DNA of 63,308 bases, the filler included. It is 6 parts of 6 records of this genome, joined end to end, with 100 filler letters (N's around TTAATTAATTAA, not from the genome) between each part and the next. Parts side by side here need not be neighbours in the genome. Positions count along the whole stretch, not along the records: positions 27,528 to 47,597 come from SRR20825010_2811; 5 more parts are not named here. One strand, 5' to 3'. Below the pieces are notes generated by a model that saw only the letters and a list, made by a program, of their open reading frames with translations, searched no databases and was not told the DNA's origin. Every line of letters starts with the position of its first letter. Position 1 is the first letter of the stretch. Positions 28,975 through 38,516 of this stretch are shown here, piece by piece. The position numbers and the translations under genes were made by a program.

Positions 28975-29394
28975 ATGTCTAAAACCAAGGGTATCGAAAA
29001 ATGGGAAGCTGTCCTTCGCAAGGAAGACGGATCATGGCAGCAGTTGGGCACGGGTGCCTCGCCAGAGGGCAGCATCAAAGCTGCAAACCTTGCCGATAGT
29101 GACCTCGATTTCGTTTTTTATTTTCCCGTTGAGGACTCGAAACATTCTGTCGAGGACGACCCTGCAGATTTCATCAAAACAGTGAACAAAATCAACGGCG
29201 GACGGGTTCAGGGATTTTCTCGTCATCAGGTCGAGGTTAGCGTTAAGGGCGATGCAGAATACGGCTGGCGGTGCCCCCGCGAATGCTTCTGCGTCAGTGC
29301 AATTGGAGACCGGCGCAAATGCGAATGTTTTTATTGCAATAGGGTAAGGTGCTGGGAAGTGACCTGCAGCCCCTGCAATGGCATTCAACCCTAA
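28975..29394 (+). CDS. orphan protein with Cys-rich C-terminus
   Basis: ATG 28975 after GGGGG; 139 aa; 9 Cys in the last ~40 aa; fills the gap between ubiA and the DUF6151 gene. Confidence 0.6.
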   Translation: MSKTKGIEKWEAVLRKEDGSWQQLGTGASPEGSIKAANLADSDLDFVFYFPVEDSKHSVEDDPADFIKTVNKINGGRVQGFSRHQVEVSVKGDAEYGWRCPRECFCVSAIGDRRKCECFYCNRVRCWEVTCSPCNGIQP

Positions 29395-30002
29395 ACCACC
29401 TTTTCGTAAAGCGCGGCGCGCTCAGCGTCCGTGAGCTTGATGGGTTTTTTGATCGGGCGCAGGGTGCGCTCGTCAAAAAACGGTTTCCAGCTTTTGCCAT
29501 AGCGCATGCGCCAGATCGCCATTTTGGTGAACAGCCGCATGATCATGCCCATGGTGCGCAAGCGCGAGCCAAGCGGAATGGGCGGTTTCTCAAACCCCAC
29601 GGCACGCACAGGGCCAACCATATCCACCACCGCACTTGAGGTGCCCTTCAGCCCCGTACAGATGGGCAGCACCCCAAGGAAAGGCATACCGCCGCGCGCG
29701 AAACTATTGCCAAGCGGGGTTTTGCAGCAGTCTGCATACCACCTGACCGGGCCGGTGTTGGTGATACACACACCGGCAAGATGCTCATGCCCCCCATAGA
29801 TTTCAAAATCACGCGGGTTCATCTGGAAGATGTTGGAATATCCGCCCTCGTCCAGCATGTCATCAGCCCGGCCCAGATAATGCGCATAAGCCTGACAGGC
29901 ATCGCACGGGCAGCGCACGTGGTTTGTGGAAGCAGGCGACAGGCCACGGATCATGCCGGTGACCTTGCCGCAGGTGCAGCTCATGGGTGCGTCAGTTGCC
30001 AT
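29391..30002 (-). CDS. DUF6151 / GFA-like Zn-binding protein
   Basis: CTCG, CPCDAC, RWYADCCKTPLGN. Confidence 0.85.
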   Translation of the reverse strand: MATDAPMSCTCGKVTGMIRGLSPASTNHVRCPCDACQAYAHYLGRADDMLDEGGYSNIFQMNPRDFEIYGGHEHLAGVCITNTGPVRWYADCCKTPLGNSFARGGMPFLGVLPICTGLKGTSSAVVDMVGPVRAVGFEKPPIPLGSRLRTMGMIMRLFTKMAIWRMRYGKSWKPFFDERTLRPIKKPIKLTDAERAALYEKVV

Positions 30003-30095
30003 TTTACCCTCCCCCGGATCAGGCTTTCAGTCTTGCGACTTAAAGACAAACATGGCCTGATGGCAGCAGGAAGGCAATAAACAAGCGAGGCAGAC

Positions 30096-30728
30096 GTGTC
30101 ATTTGAACTTTGGTTATCATTTGCTGTCACCAGCGCCATATTGGTGGCGATCCCCGGCCCGACGGTGATGATGGTGGTGAGCTTTGCGCTTAGCCAGGGC
30201 AAGCGCAGCATTCCGGCATCCACCACCGGCGTGATGGCTGGTGACTTTACCGCCATGACCGTGTCGCTTCTGGGCGCAGGTGCCATACTGGCCACAAGCG
30301 CCACCTTGTTCACGCTCATCAAATATATCGGGGCGGCTTACCTCATCTGGCTTGGTCTCAAGATGTGGCGAAACGCGAAGGTGGGCGATGCGCTGCCTGA
30401 GGCCTCGAAAGCTTTGGGGCGGGACCGGCATGTGTTCTGGCGCTGTTATATTGTCACCGCGCTTAACCCCAAGGGCGTGGTGTTTTTCACCGCCTTTTTG
30501 CCGCAGTTTATTGACCCCACCGCCGCGCTGTTGCCGCAGTTTGCCCTGCTCGAGGCTACCTTCATCGGCCTTGCGGGGCTGAATACCGTGATGTGGGCCA
30601 TGACCGCAGGCAGCCTGCGGGCCCGGTTTGAAAAACCCGGTTTCCGCGCGGTTGTTGACCGCATTGGCGGCAGCTTCCTGATCGGTGCGGGTATCCTCAC
30701 CGCCGCAAGCCGCCGCGCTGCGGGATAG
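30096..30728 (+). CDS. LysE/RhtB family translocator
   Basis: IPGP, KYIGAAYLIWLG, LNPKG..FF.AFLPQF. Confidence 0.93.
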   Translation: MSFELWLSFAVTSAILVAIPGPTVMMVVSFALSQGKRSIPASTTGVMAGDFTAMTVSLLGAGAILATSATLFTLIKYIGAAYLIWLGLKMWRNAKVGDALPEASKALGRDRHVFWRCYIVTALNPKGVVFFTAFLPQFIDPTAALLPQFALLEATFIGLAGLNTVMWAMTAGSLRARFEKPGFRAVVDRIGGSFLIGAGILTAASRRAAG

Positions 30729-30730
30729 AC

Positions 30731-31564
30731 CTAGAATACCCGCGGTATCCATAACCCCGCGCTGACAACAGCGATGCCAAAGGCCATCAGTCCGGTCATC
30801 ACAAAGACAAGCCCGGCCACATGCGGCCGCATGGCTTTGTTCTGGGGGCGTTCGGCGCGGAAATACACCTCAAGCACCAGAAGCGGCAGCAGATACTGTG
30901 CAAAAGCGGTGATATAGAGAAACGGACCGGAGAAGGTCTCCGCGTCGATCCCGACACCGCCGGTGGCGGCAAACCAGCCGAAGATCATGAGCCGCAGGAA
31001 CCACACGGCGCTCACCACCATGAAAAGCCTGAGCGCCCAGCGCCGGTGCGCGGCAAAATCGCGCTGACGGGCATACTTGTAGGCGAGATAGGCGAACACC
31101 ACCACCAGCACACCATCGAGCGTGAGCGCGACATCCTGAATAAACGAGCCGATAACCCGCTCCCGCGACCACACAAGGTAAGCCCCGGCAATGCTGACAG
31201 CCACGGACGCTACCATGTAGAACCGACCGGCCCAGCGGTGCAGGCGCGGCGCTTTTGCGCGAATAGCAGGGATAAGCTGTAGCTGCCCGGCGGCAATAAT
31301 AAGCCCGGCCACCAGAATATGGGTCACGATGGCGATATTGCCCACCGTATCTCCCTCAACATAACCATTGGGCAGGTGGGTATCGGCGAAACCGGCCACA
31401 CCGCCGTTCACAAAGCGGGTGCCGTAAAAGCCCATGATGTATAATACGAACAGCCACTGGCCGATGGCCGTGACCACAAACCATGTTTTGGCGGAAAGGG
31501 AGAGCCAGTTGCGGGCGCGTTTTGGCGGTGCCGCGACAGGCTGTGCGGAAGCGTAATCTGTCAT
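30731..31564 (-). CDS. DUF2306 membrane protein
   Basis: LHRWAGRFY and AHRRWALR His motifs in a multi-TM protein. Confidence 0.82.
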   Translation of the reverse strand: MTDYASAQPVAAPPKRARNWLSLSAKTWFVVTAIGQWLFVLYIMGFYGTRFVNGGVAGFADTHLPNGYVEGDTVGNIAIVTHILVAGLIIAAGQLQLIPAIRAKAPRLHRWAGRFYMVASVAVSIAGAYLVWSRERVIGSFIQDVALTLDGVLVVVFAYLAYKYARQRDFAAHRRWALRLFMVVSAVWFLRLMIFGWFAATGGVGIDAETFSGPFLYITAFAQYLLPLLVLEVYFRAERPQNKAMRPHVAGLVFVMTGLMAFGIAVVSAGLWIPRVF

Positions 31565-31747
31565 TTTGTTTCCTCGCGTCTTTGCCGGTCTGCGCCGGCA
31601 TTTTATTATATCTATTTGATATAATCAGATATATGCACCCCACCCCATGACCGCAAGGATCAAAAGTTTGGCTTTTGGTATCATGCACGGCTAAGGTAAC
31701 GGCCCAAGCGCACGAGAGAGGCGCATATGCATAGCGAGGAATAACAG

Positions 31748-32770
31748 ATGATAGGGACAGTTTCTGCGGGGCTTGCGCATTCGCTCCTGAGTTTCGCAAC
31801 CTCAAAAGGGGCTGATAAAGATGCACTTCTGGCGGCAGCAGATATTGCCCCTGCGCTCTTGCTCAACCCTGACAACCGGGTACCACTTGATAGTTACCGC
31901 ACCCTTATGCGCACCGCGAAACACATGTGCGGCGACCCTGCCCTTGCGCTTGAGTTCGGCGCGGCAGAACCGATCGAGCGGCATTCTGTTGTTGGGCTGA
32001 TATGCCACTCAGCCGCCACCATGGGGGAGGCTTTCATGCAAATGAGCCGCTATGCCCGACTGGTGATTGACGTGGAAAGCGGCGGCGGCGAGGCGCGCTT
32101 CAACCTCGCTCAGCTTGAAAGCGGTGTGTGGATCGAGGACAACCGGCCCGAACCCAATGAGTTCCCGGAGTTGAGCGAAAGCACCTTCGCCCGCTTTGTG
32201 TGTGATTACCGCCGCCATTTTGGTGATGCCCCCTTCGCGCAGGAAATTCATGTCACACACCCGCGCCCCGACCATGCAGAAGCCTATGACCGCATTTACC
32301 GCGTGCCGGTGCATTTTGGCGCTGACCGTAACGCCATCCGCATCGACCCCACATGGCTCGGTGTCGAAATCCAGCCCACCAACCGTTATATGTTTGGCGT
32401 GTTGAGCAGTATGGCCGATGCCCTGATGAAAAAGCTTGAAGGCGCGTCCAGCGTTCGCGGACGGGTGGAAAACATGCTGCTGCCGCTGCTGCATACCGGC
32501 GAAGTGAGTATGGACGATATCGCAGCAAAGCTGAATATGAGCCGCCAGACGCTGTACCGCAAGCTGCGTGCGGAAGGCATCAGCTTTGAGGTGCTGCTGG
32601 ATGAGCTTCGCAACACCATGGCGCTGCATTATCTGGATGGGGAGCAGGTGTCGGTTAACGAAACCGCCTATCTTGTGGGTTTCTCTGAAGCCAGTTCCTT
32701 CTCTCGCGCGTTCAAACGCTGGACCGGGCAAAACCCAACCGAGCATAAAGCGCGACAAAAGATCGCGTAA
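31748..32770 (+). CDS. AraC-family transcriptional regulator
   Basis: N-terminal ligand-binding domain; MSRQTLYRKL and LVGFSEASSFSRAFKRWTG HTH; divergent from DUF2306. Confidence 0.94.
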   Translation: MIGTVSAGLAHSLLSFATSKGADKDALLAAADIAPALLLNPDNRVPLDSYRTLMRTAKHMCGDPALALEFGAAEPIERHSVVGLICHSAATMGEAFMQMSRYARLVIDVESGGGEARFNLAQLESGVWIEDNRPEPNEFPELSESTFARFVCDYRRHFGDAPFAQEIHVTHPRPDHAEAYDRIYRVPVHFGADRNAIRIDPTWLGVEIQPTNRYMFGVLSSMADALMKKLEGASSVRGRVENMLLPLLHTGEVSMDDIAAKLNMSRQTLYRKLRAEGISFEVLLDELRNTMALHYLDGEQVSVNETAYLVGFSEASSFSRAFKRWTGQNPTEHKARQKIA

Positions 32771-32876
32771 GGCAGTCTGAACATCCCTGTTTACCTGTGA
32801 GCGGGCAGGCACTAGACTATACCCATCCGCTAAGTCACCCTGCTAACTCACGCTGGTAAAAAGGGTTTTCACTGCC

Positions 32877-34580
32877 ATGCACCAAGATGCCATGCTCCTA
32901 GAAATCCTCGCGCTGATGGCCGTTGCCGTGATCTCGGCCACCATATTCTCGCGCCTTGGGTTCGGGGCCATTCTTGGCTATCTGGTCGGCGGTATGATCA
33001 TCGGGCCCTGGGGCCTTGCGCTCATTGATAACCCGACGCAGATCGCGCACCTCGGTGAATTTGGTGTTGTGTTCCTGCTGTTCCTGATCGGGATCGAGCT
33101 TAAACCCGCGCGGCTTTGGGTCATGCGGCGGCAGGTGTTCGGCCTTGGCAGCGCGCAGCTTATCCTCACCGGCCTGCTGCTCTCGGTGCTTGCGGCTTAC
33201 ACGTTCGATATTGCCCCCGGCCCTGCGGCTATTGTGGGGCTTGGCCTTGCGCTATCATCCACCGCCTTTGGTATCCAGCTCATGGCGTCCAAAAACCAGC
33301 TTGGTGCCCAGTGGGGCCGCGCGGGTTTTTCTATCCTTTTGTTGCAGGATCTGGCCGTGGTGCCGCTTCTGGCGCTTGTGCCACTTCTGGCCGCAGGCGA
33401 AGCCACCGTGGGGGCTTCCTTCGGGCTCGCCATCCTTGAAACGCTGGCCATCCTTACCGGTGTGATCATCGCGGGCAGGCTTGCCATCAACCCGCTGTTC
33501 CGCCTAGTGGCTGCCAATAAAACCCCGGAAGTTTTCACCGGTTTTGCGCTTCTGCTGGTGCTTGGGTTTGGCTGGCTGATGGAAAGTGTCGGGCTCTCGA
33601 TGGCCATGGGCGCGTTTATCGCCGGGCTACTCATGGCGGAAAGCGAGTTTCGCCATCAGGTGGAAGTGGACATCATGCCCTTCCGCGGGCTGCTCCTCGG
33701 TCTGTTTTTCATGGCTGTGGGCATGGGCATCAACTTTGGCACGCTCACCAGCCAGGCCGGGCTTATCGCCCTTATCCTTTTTGTGATGCTGGCCATCAAG
33801 GCCGTCACAATCGCGGGCCTTGTACGGATGATGGGCCTCACGCTGCCGGAAGGCATCAAGGTGGGCGCTTTGCTTGCGCAAGCGGGCGAGTTCGGCTTTG
33901 TGCTCTTCACTTATGCGCTCGGCGAGAAGTTGCTTGAGCCCGCGCTGGTGGAGGTGCTTATGGCAGTGATCGCGCTTTCCATGGCGCTCACGCCCATCCT
34001 GTTCATGGGTGGCACATGGCTTGCCCGGCGGATGACGCAGGAGCGCGCGAGCATGCTGCCCACGCCAGATGAGATCAACGACGGGCCAAAGCAGGTGATC
34101 ATTGCGGGCTTCGGGCGTGTGGGCGAAACCATCGCGCGCATCCTCTCAGACCTTGATATCCCCTTCACTGCCGTTGACCTTGACCCCATGAACGTAAAAA
34201 AGGCGCGCGACGCCGGGTTTACTGCCATTTATGGCGATGCCGCCCGGCCTGAGATTTTACGCGCTGTTGGCGCACCCCATGCAGCGCTTCTGGTGATCAC
34301 GCTGGATGACCCGAAGGCGGCTGAACGGATGATACTGAGCGCACGGCGCGAATGCGCGCACCTGCCCACATATGTGCGAACCCACAACCCCACGGCGGCC
34401 AAAACGCTCAAGGCACTGGGCGCCACCCATACTGTGCCCGAAACGCTGGAAGCCAGCCTGAGCCTTGGGGCAGAGGTAGCCCGCGCGCTCAAGGCCGACG
34501 AGAACGACATCCGCACCGTTGTGAAATCCCTGCGCTCAGACGACTACCGCGCCATCATGCCAGGTGATAACCCGGCCTAA
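32877..34580 (+). CDS. CPA2-family K+/H+ antiporter (KefB/KefC-like) with TrkA-N domain
   Basis: EFGVVFLLF.IG.E, LALSST, LLQD, GEFGFV, IIAGFGRVG. Confidence 0.93.
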   Translation: MHQDAMLLEILALMAVAVISATIFSRLGFGAILGYLVGGMIIGPWGLALIDNPTQIAHLGEFGVVFLLFLIGIELKPARLWVMRRQVFGLGSAQLILTGLLLSVLAAYTFDIAPGPAAIVGLGLALSSTAFGIQLMASKNQLGAQWGRAGFSILLLQDLAVVPLLALVPLLAAGEATVGASFGLAILETLAILTGVIIAGRLAINPLFRLVAANKTPEVFTGFALLLVLGFGWLMESVGLSMAMGAFIAGLLMAESEFRHQVEVDIMPFRGLLLGLFFMAVGMGINFGTLTSQAGLIALILFVMLAIKAVTIAGLVRMMGLTLPEGIKVGALLAQAGEFGFVLFTYALGEKLLEPALVEVLMAVIALSMALTPILFMGGTWLARRMTQERASMLPTPDEINDGPKQVIIAGFGRVGETIARILSDLDIPFTAVDLDPMNVKKARDAGFTAIYGDAARPEILRAVGAPHAALLVITLDDPKAAERMILSARRECAHLPTYVRTHNPTAAKTLKALGATHTVPETLEASLSLGAEVARALKADENDIRTVVKSLRSDDYRAIMPGDNPA

Positions 34581-34645
34581 AATCAGGCTGGCTTTAGCTA
34601 CCCACCGCCCTAAATTGATGTGAATAGATACTGGGGAGTTTTGCC

Positions 34646-36319
34646 ATGCCATCCGCTTTTGAAACGCACGAAGTTTTCAACCAGCCACCCGTATATGACG
34701 GTGTGAACCTCTACGGCAGTGACGTGCCGCTCAAGGCAGCGCTTGAGGCGGAAGGCGCAGGCTGGGCGGCGAATGAGTTATCGGGTTTTGGGGCAACCCT
34801 TGGCACAGATGCCATGTTCCACGCCGGGCACCAGGCCAACCGGTATCTGCCTGAGCTGATGAGCCATGACAATCAGGGCTTCCGCCGTGATGTGGTTGAG
34901 TTTCACCCCAGCTACCACCAGTTTATGGCGCTATCGAAAGAAGCGCGCATTCACTGCGGTGCGTTTGATGGTTTGGCGGATGATAACCGCGTGAAGGGCG
35001 CGGGCGTTGGCCCGGTGCGCGCGGCCAAACATTATATGATGAGCCAGGTGGAAGCGGGCCATATCTGCCCGATCACCATGACCCATGCGGCGATCCCTGC
35101 GCTCCAGAACCAGCCGGACCTGTTTGAAGGCCTGAAAGCCAAGCTGCTGGCCCCAAGCTATGACCCCAGCTTCAAACCGATCGCTGCGAAAACCGGCATC
35201 ACCATCGGCATGGGCATGACCGAAAAACAGGGCGGTACAGACGTGCGCGCCAACACCACCGTTGCCACACCGATAGCCACAGCGGGCGCGGGCGAGCGTT
35301 ACCTGATCACCGGGCATAAATGGTTTATGTCTGCACCCATGTGTGATGCGTTCCTTGTGCTTGCGCAAACGAATGAGAAGCTTTCCGTCTTCTTCGTGCC
35401 TCGCTTCCGGACGGATGGCACCGTGAACGGCCTTCGCTTCCAGCGGCTTAAAAACAAGCTTGGCAATAAATCCAACGCGTCGTCCGAAGTGGAATTTGTT
35501 GAGGCCGAAGGTGTGCTGATCGGCGATGAAGGCCGCGGCATCGCCAACATCATGACCATGGCAAACTATACCCGGCTTGACTGCGCGCTCGGGTCCGCCG
35601 GGCTGATGCGGCAAGCACTCAGCCGCGCGGTACACCACGCACGGCACCGCACCGTGTTCCAGCGCAAGCTGATTGACCAGCCGATGATGACGGCACTGCT
35701 GGCAGACATGAGCCTTGAGGTGACGGCGGCCACACACTTGTCTATCCGCCTCGCAGGCGCGTATGAGCGCATGGAAACAAGTGAAACAGACGCGGCTTAC
35801 GCGCGGCTGATGACGCCAGTGACCAAATATTGGGTTACCAAACGCGGGCCAACACTGGCCTATGAAGCCATGGAGATCCACGGCGGCAACGGTTATGTGG
35901 AAGACGGCGTGCTGGCGCGGCTATACCGCGAGCTGCCGGTCAATTCCATATGGGAAGGCTCAGGCAGCGTGATGTGCCTTGACCTGTTGCGCGTGGCAGC
36001 ACGCGAGCGGGATGCGTTTGAAGAAGGCATCACATGGCTGCAAGGCGGTATGGGCCACGCCCCCACATATGACACCGCCTTCAAGGAACTGCATGGGCTT
36101 TTAAGCGCGGGCGCGATACCGGAGGCGCAGGGCCGCTGGCTAACAGAACGCATTGCCACACTGGCTGCAAGCCGCCTGTTGATGGAACGCGCGCCGGAAG
36201 AGGTGTCGAGCGCCTATATGGCAACCCGCCTTGACGGCAGCGGCCGCCACGGCGCTTACGGCAGCCTGCCGGATGGTGTGAATCTGCGGGAAATTATCGA
36301 CGCCACAGTAGCTTTCTGA
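34646..36319 (+). CDS. aidB: AidB-like acyl-CoA dehydrogenase
   Basis: THEVFNQP, CPITMT, GMTEKQGGTDVRAN, GHKWF, KLGNKSNAS, NSIWEGSG. Confidence 0.85.
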   Translation: MPSAFETHEVFNQPPVYDGVNLYGSDVPLKAALEAEGAGWAANELSGFGATLGTDAMFHAGHQANRYLPELMSHDNQGFRRDVVEFHPSYHQFMALSKEARIHCGAFDGLADDNRVKGAGVGPVRAAKHYMMSQVEAGHICPITMTHAAIPALQNQPDLFEGLKAKLLAPSYDPSFKPIAAKTGITIGMGMTEKQGGTDVRANTTVATPIATAGAGERYLITGHKWFMSAPMCDAFLVLAQTNEKLSVFFVPRFRTDGTVNGLRFQRLKNKLGNKSNASSEVEFVEAEGVLIGDEGRGIANIMTMANYTRLDCALGSAGLMRQALSRAVHHARHRTVFQRKLIDQPMMTALLADMSLEVTAATHLSIRLAGAYERMETSETDAAYARLMTPVTKYWVTKRGPTLAYEAMEIHGGNGYVEDGVLARLYRELPVNSIWEGSGSVMCLDLLRVAARERDAFEEGITWLQGGMGHAPTYDTAFKELHGLLSAGAIPEAQGRWLTERIATLAASRLLMERAPEEVSSAYMATRLDGSGRHGAYGSLPDGVNLREIIDATVAF

Positions 36320-36374
36320 GCGCTAACTTCTTAAAGTTTTAAACAAAATTTGAATTTCAGGCACGCTAACGAAA

Positions 36375-36878
36375 ATGACCAATAGCGAGCGGGAGAGCCC
36401 TATGGTGGATACTAGAGACCTCAACACACTCGACCTTGAACCCGTGCTTGCGCTTAATAATGCGCATGAGAAAGAAACCTCAAGGCTCTACCTCAGCATG
36501 CTGGAAAGCATGATCAGCGGTGCGTTTTACGCGCGCGGTGTGGCACCTGCGAAAGCTTTCCTTCTGTGTTTTGAAGAAACAGCAGCCTACACCAGCCCCA
36601 ACTTCCTCTGGTTCAAGGAACGCTACGCACGTTTTGCCTATATCGACCGCATCATCACCAGCGCTGACGCCCGCGGCCAGGGGCTTGCCCGCGCGCTTTA
36701 TGAAGACATGTTCACCCACGCGCGGGAACGCGGCCATAGCATTGTGGCCTGTGAGGTGAACGCAGACCCGCCCAACCCGGGCTCCGACGCCTTTCACGCC
36801 AAGCTGGGTTTTGAGCTTGTTGGCACCGCAACGCTTGCGAACGGCAAAACAGTGCGCTACCTGACAAAGACCCTATAG
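36375..36878 (+). CDS. GNAT acetyltransferase (COG3818-like)
   Basis: YTSPNFLWF, YIDRI, RGQGLA, CEVN..PPNPGSDAFH. Confidence 0.87.
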   Translation: MTNSERESPMVDTRDLNTLDLEPVLALNNAHEKETSRLYLSMLESMISGAFYARGVAPAKAFLLCFEETAAYTSPNFLWFKERYARFAYIDRIITSADARGQGLARALYEDMFTHARERGHSIVACEVNADPPNPGSDAFHAKLGFELVGTATLANGKTVRYLTKTL

Positions 36879-36901
36879 CCACTCCACAGAAGGCCCGCAC
36901 C

Positions 36902-37645
36902 ATGGCAAAGAAAATTCAGCACCGGCTTTTTATCACCGACAGCCTGCCCGGCAGCGGTGTGCTGACCCTTGGTGCGGAGCAAAGCCATTATCTGGCCAAT
37001 GTGATGCGGGCAACTGTGGGCACCGAAGCCCTGCTGTTTAACGGGCAGGACGGTGAATGGGCCGCAGAGGTCATCGAGGTGAAGAAAAAAGCCGTCACCC
37101 TCAAGGTGAACGCAAAAACGCGGGAACAGACGGCGGAGCCAGACTTGTGGCTTGTGTTTGCCCCCATAAAAAAAGCCCGGCTTGATTTCATGGCGCAGAA
37201 AGCCACCGAGCTTGGCGTGAGCCACCTGATACCGGTTTATACCCACCGCACGATTGTGGACCGGGTGAAAACAGACCGCCTGCGCGCCAACGCTATCGAG
37301 GCGGCAGAACAGTGTGAGCGGCTGAATGTGCCAACATCAGATGAGCCAATCAAACTTGAAAAGCTGCTGGCTAGCTGGCCCGCAGACCGCCGCATCATGT
37401 TCTGTGACGAGGACCTGTCTGGCGATAGCGCGCATGAGGCGCTCGAAAAAACTGCCAGCAAATCAGCCCCCGGCAAATGGGCGGTCCTGATCGGCCCCGA
37501 GGGCGGGTTTGACGACGATGAACGCCGCATGATCCGCGCCCATGAGAACACCACCGTTGTCGCCCTCGGGCCACGGGTTTTGCGGGCAGATACCGCCGCC
37601 ATGGCCGCGATCAGCCTGTGGCAATCCGCCCTTGGTGACTGGTAA
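36902..37645 (+). CDS. rsmE: 16S rRNA m3U1498 methyltransferase
   Basis: HYLANVMR, QKATELGV, EAAEQCER, IGPEGGF, LGPRVLRADTA. Confidence 0.96.
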   Translation: MAKKIQHRLFITDSLPGSGVLTLGAEQSHYLANVMRATVGTEALLFNGQDGEWAAEVIEVKKKAVTLKVNAKTREQTAEPDLWLVFAPIKKARLDFMAQKATELGVSHLIPVYTHRTIVDRVKTDRLRANAIEAAEQCERLNVPTSDEPIKLEKLLASWPADRRIMFCDEDLSGDSAHEALEKTASKSAPGKWAVLIGPEGGFDDDERRMIRAHENTTVVALGPRVLRADTAAMAAISLWQSALGDW

Positions 37646-37805
37646 GTCAATATTCCAATATTGTCGCAATATGTAGCGAATTAAAAATGTTATTATTTTA
37701 ATAATTGTAAAATATTATCAATTCTATAAACATAAATAGTATTTCAATCCAAAAAATCAACACTCCGTACGCAACTTCGCAAACAATTATCAAACGATAA
37801 TTGGT

Positions 37806-38393
37806 ATGATGTTCCACATATTCACCTATGACCAGATTGTGGAACCTTCATATATGCCAATGGATGGAAATACAGCCCTCGCAAGCTCACCTAGCCTGAT
37901 GCGGTTGATTAATGAGGCCGACATTCTGACCCACAATGTGGGCACAGGTCTTCGCAAGTCAGCCGTTGAAAGCCTGATGCGCCTTGCACTGCCTTACATC
38001 AAACTTGGCAACCTCAACGACACAGAAGTGAATGCACGCGGGTATGCGCGCAAACTCCTTTATAGCCACCCCGAGGGGCGCTTCAGTGTGCTGGCGCTCA
38101 AATGGCTGCCCGGTGCCTGCACGCCCGTGCATGGGCATAACGCCTGGGGCTGTGTTGGTGTGCTGGACGGTGAGATCGGCTGCGAAACTTTTGCGGCGTG
38201 TGACGAGCCGTCCCTGGCCAAAAGCACAGGCATCATCAATGCCAAAACCGGCGCCGTTGCGTCTGTTGACCCTAATCCGTGCGGTATCCATAGATTATTT
38301 AACCCGACGGAAAGAATTTCTCACACACTGCATATTTATGGCATGGACCTGTCTGAAAACCCTTGTGCGATCAACGTTCCGTACCGTCACTAA
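37806..38393 (+). CDS. cysteine dioxygenase-family (thiol dioxygenase) protein
   Basis: YARKLL, W.PG..TPVHGH..WG, IHRL, TLHIYG (3-His cupin plus His-Tyr). Confidence 0.85.
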   Translation: MMFHIFTYDQIVEPSYMPMDGNTALASSPSLMRLINEADILTHNVGTGLRKSAVESLMRLALPYIKLGNLNDTEVNARGYARKLLYSHPEGRFSVLALKWLPGACTPVHGHNAWGCVGVLDGEIGCETFAACDEPSLAKSTGIINAKTGAVASVDPNPCGIHRLFNPTERISHTLHIYGMDLSENPCAINVPYRH

Positions 38394-38516
38394 ACCCAGG
38401 ATCAGGCGCTATAACCGTCTCACCATCGCGTGAGCAGGCTTTACATATCTTGAATGGTCCCTATGAACGCCTTACCTCTTTAGCTTCAAGGTATAAGGTT
38501 CAGGGACCCAACATAT

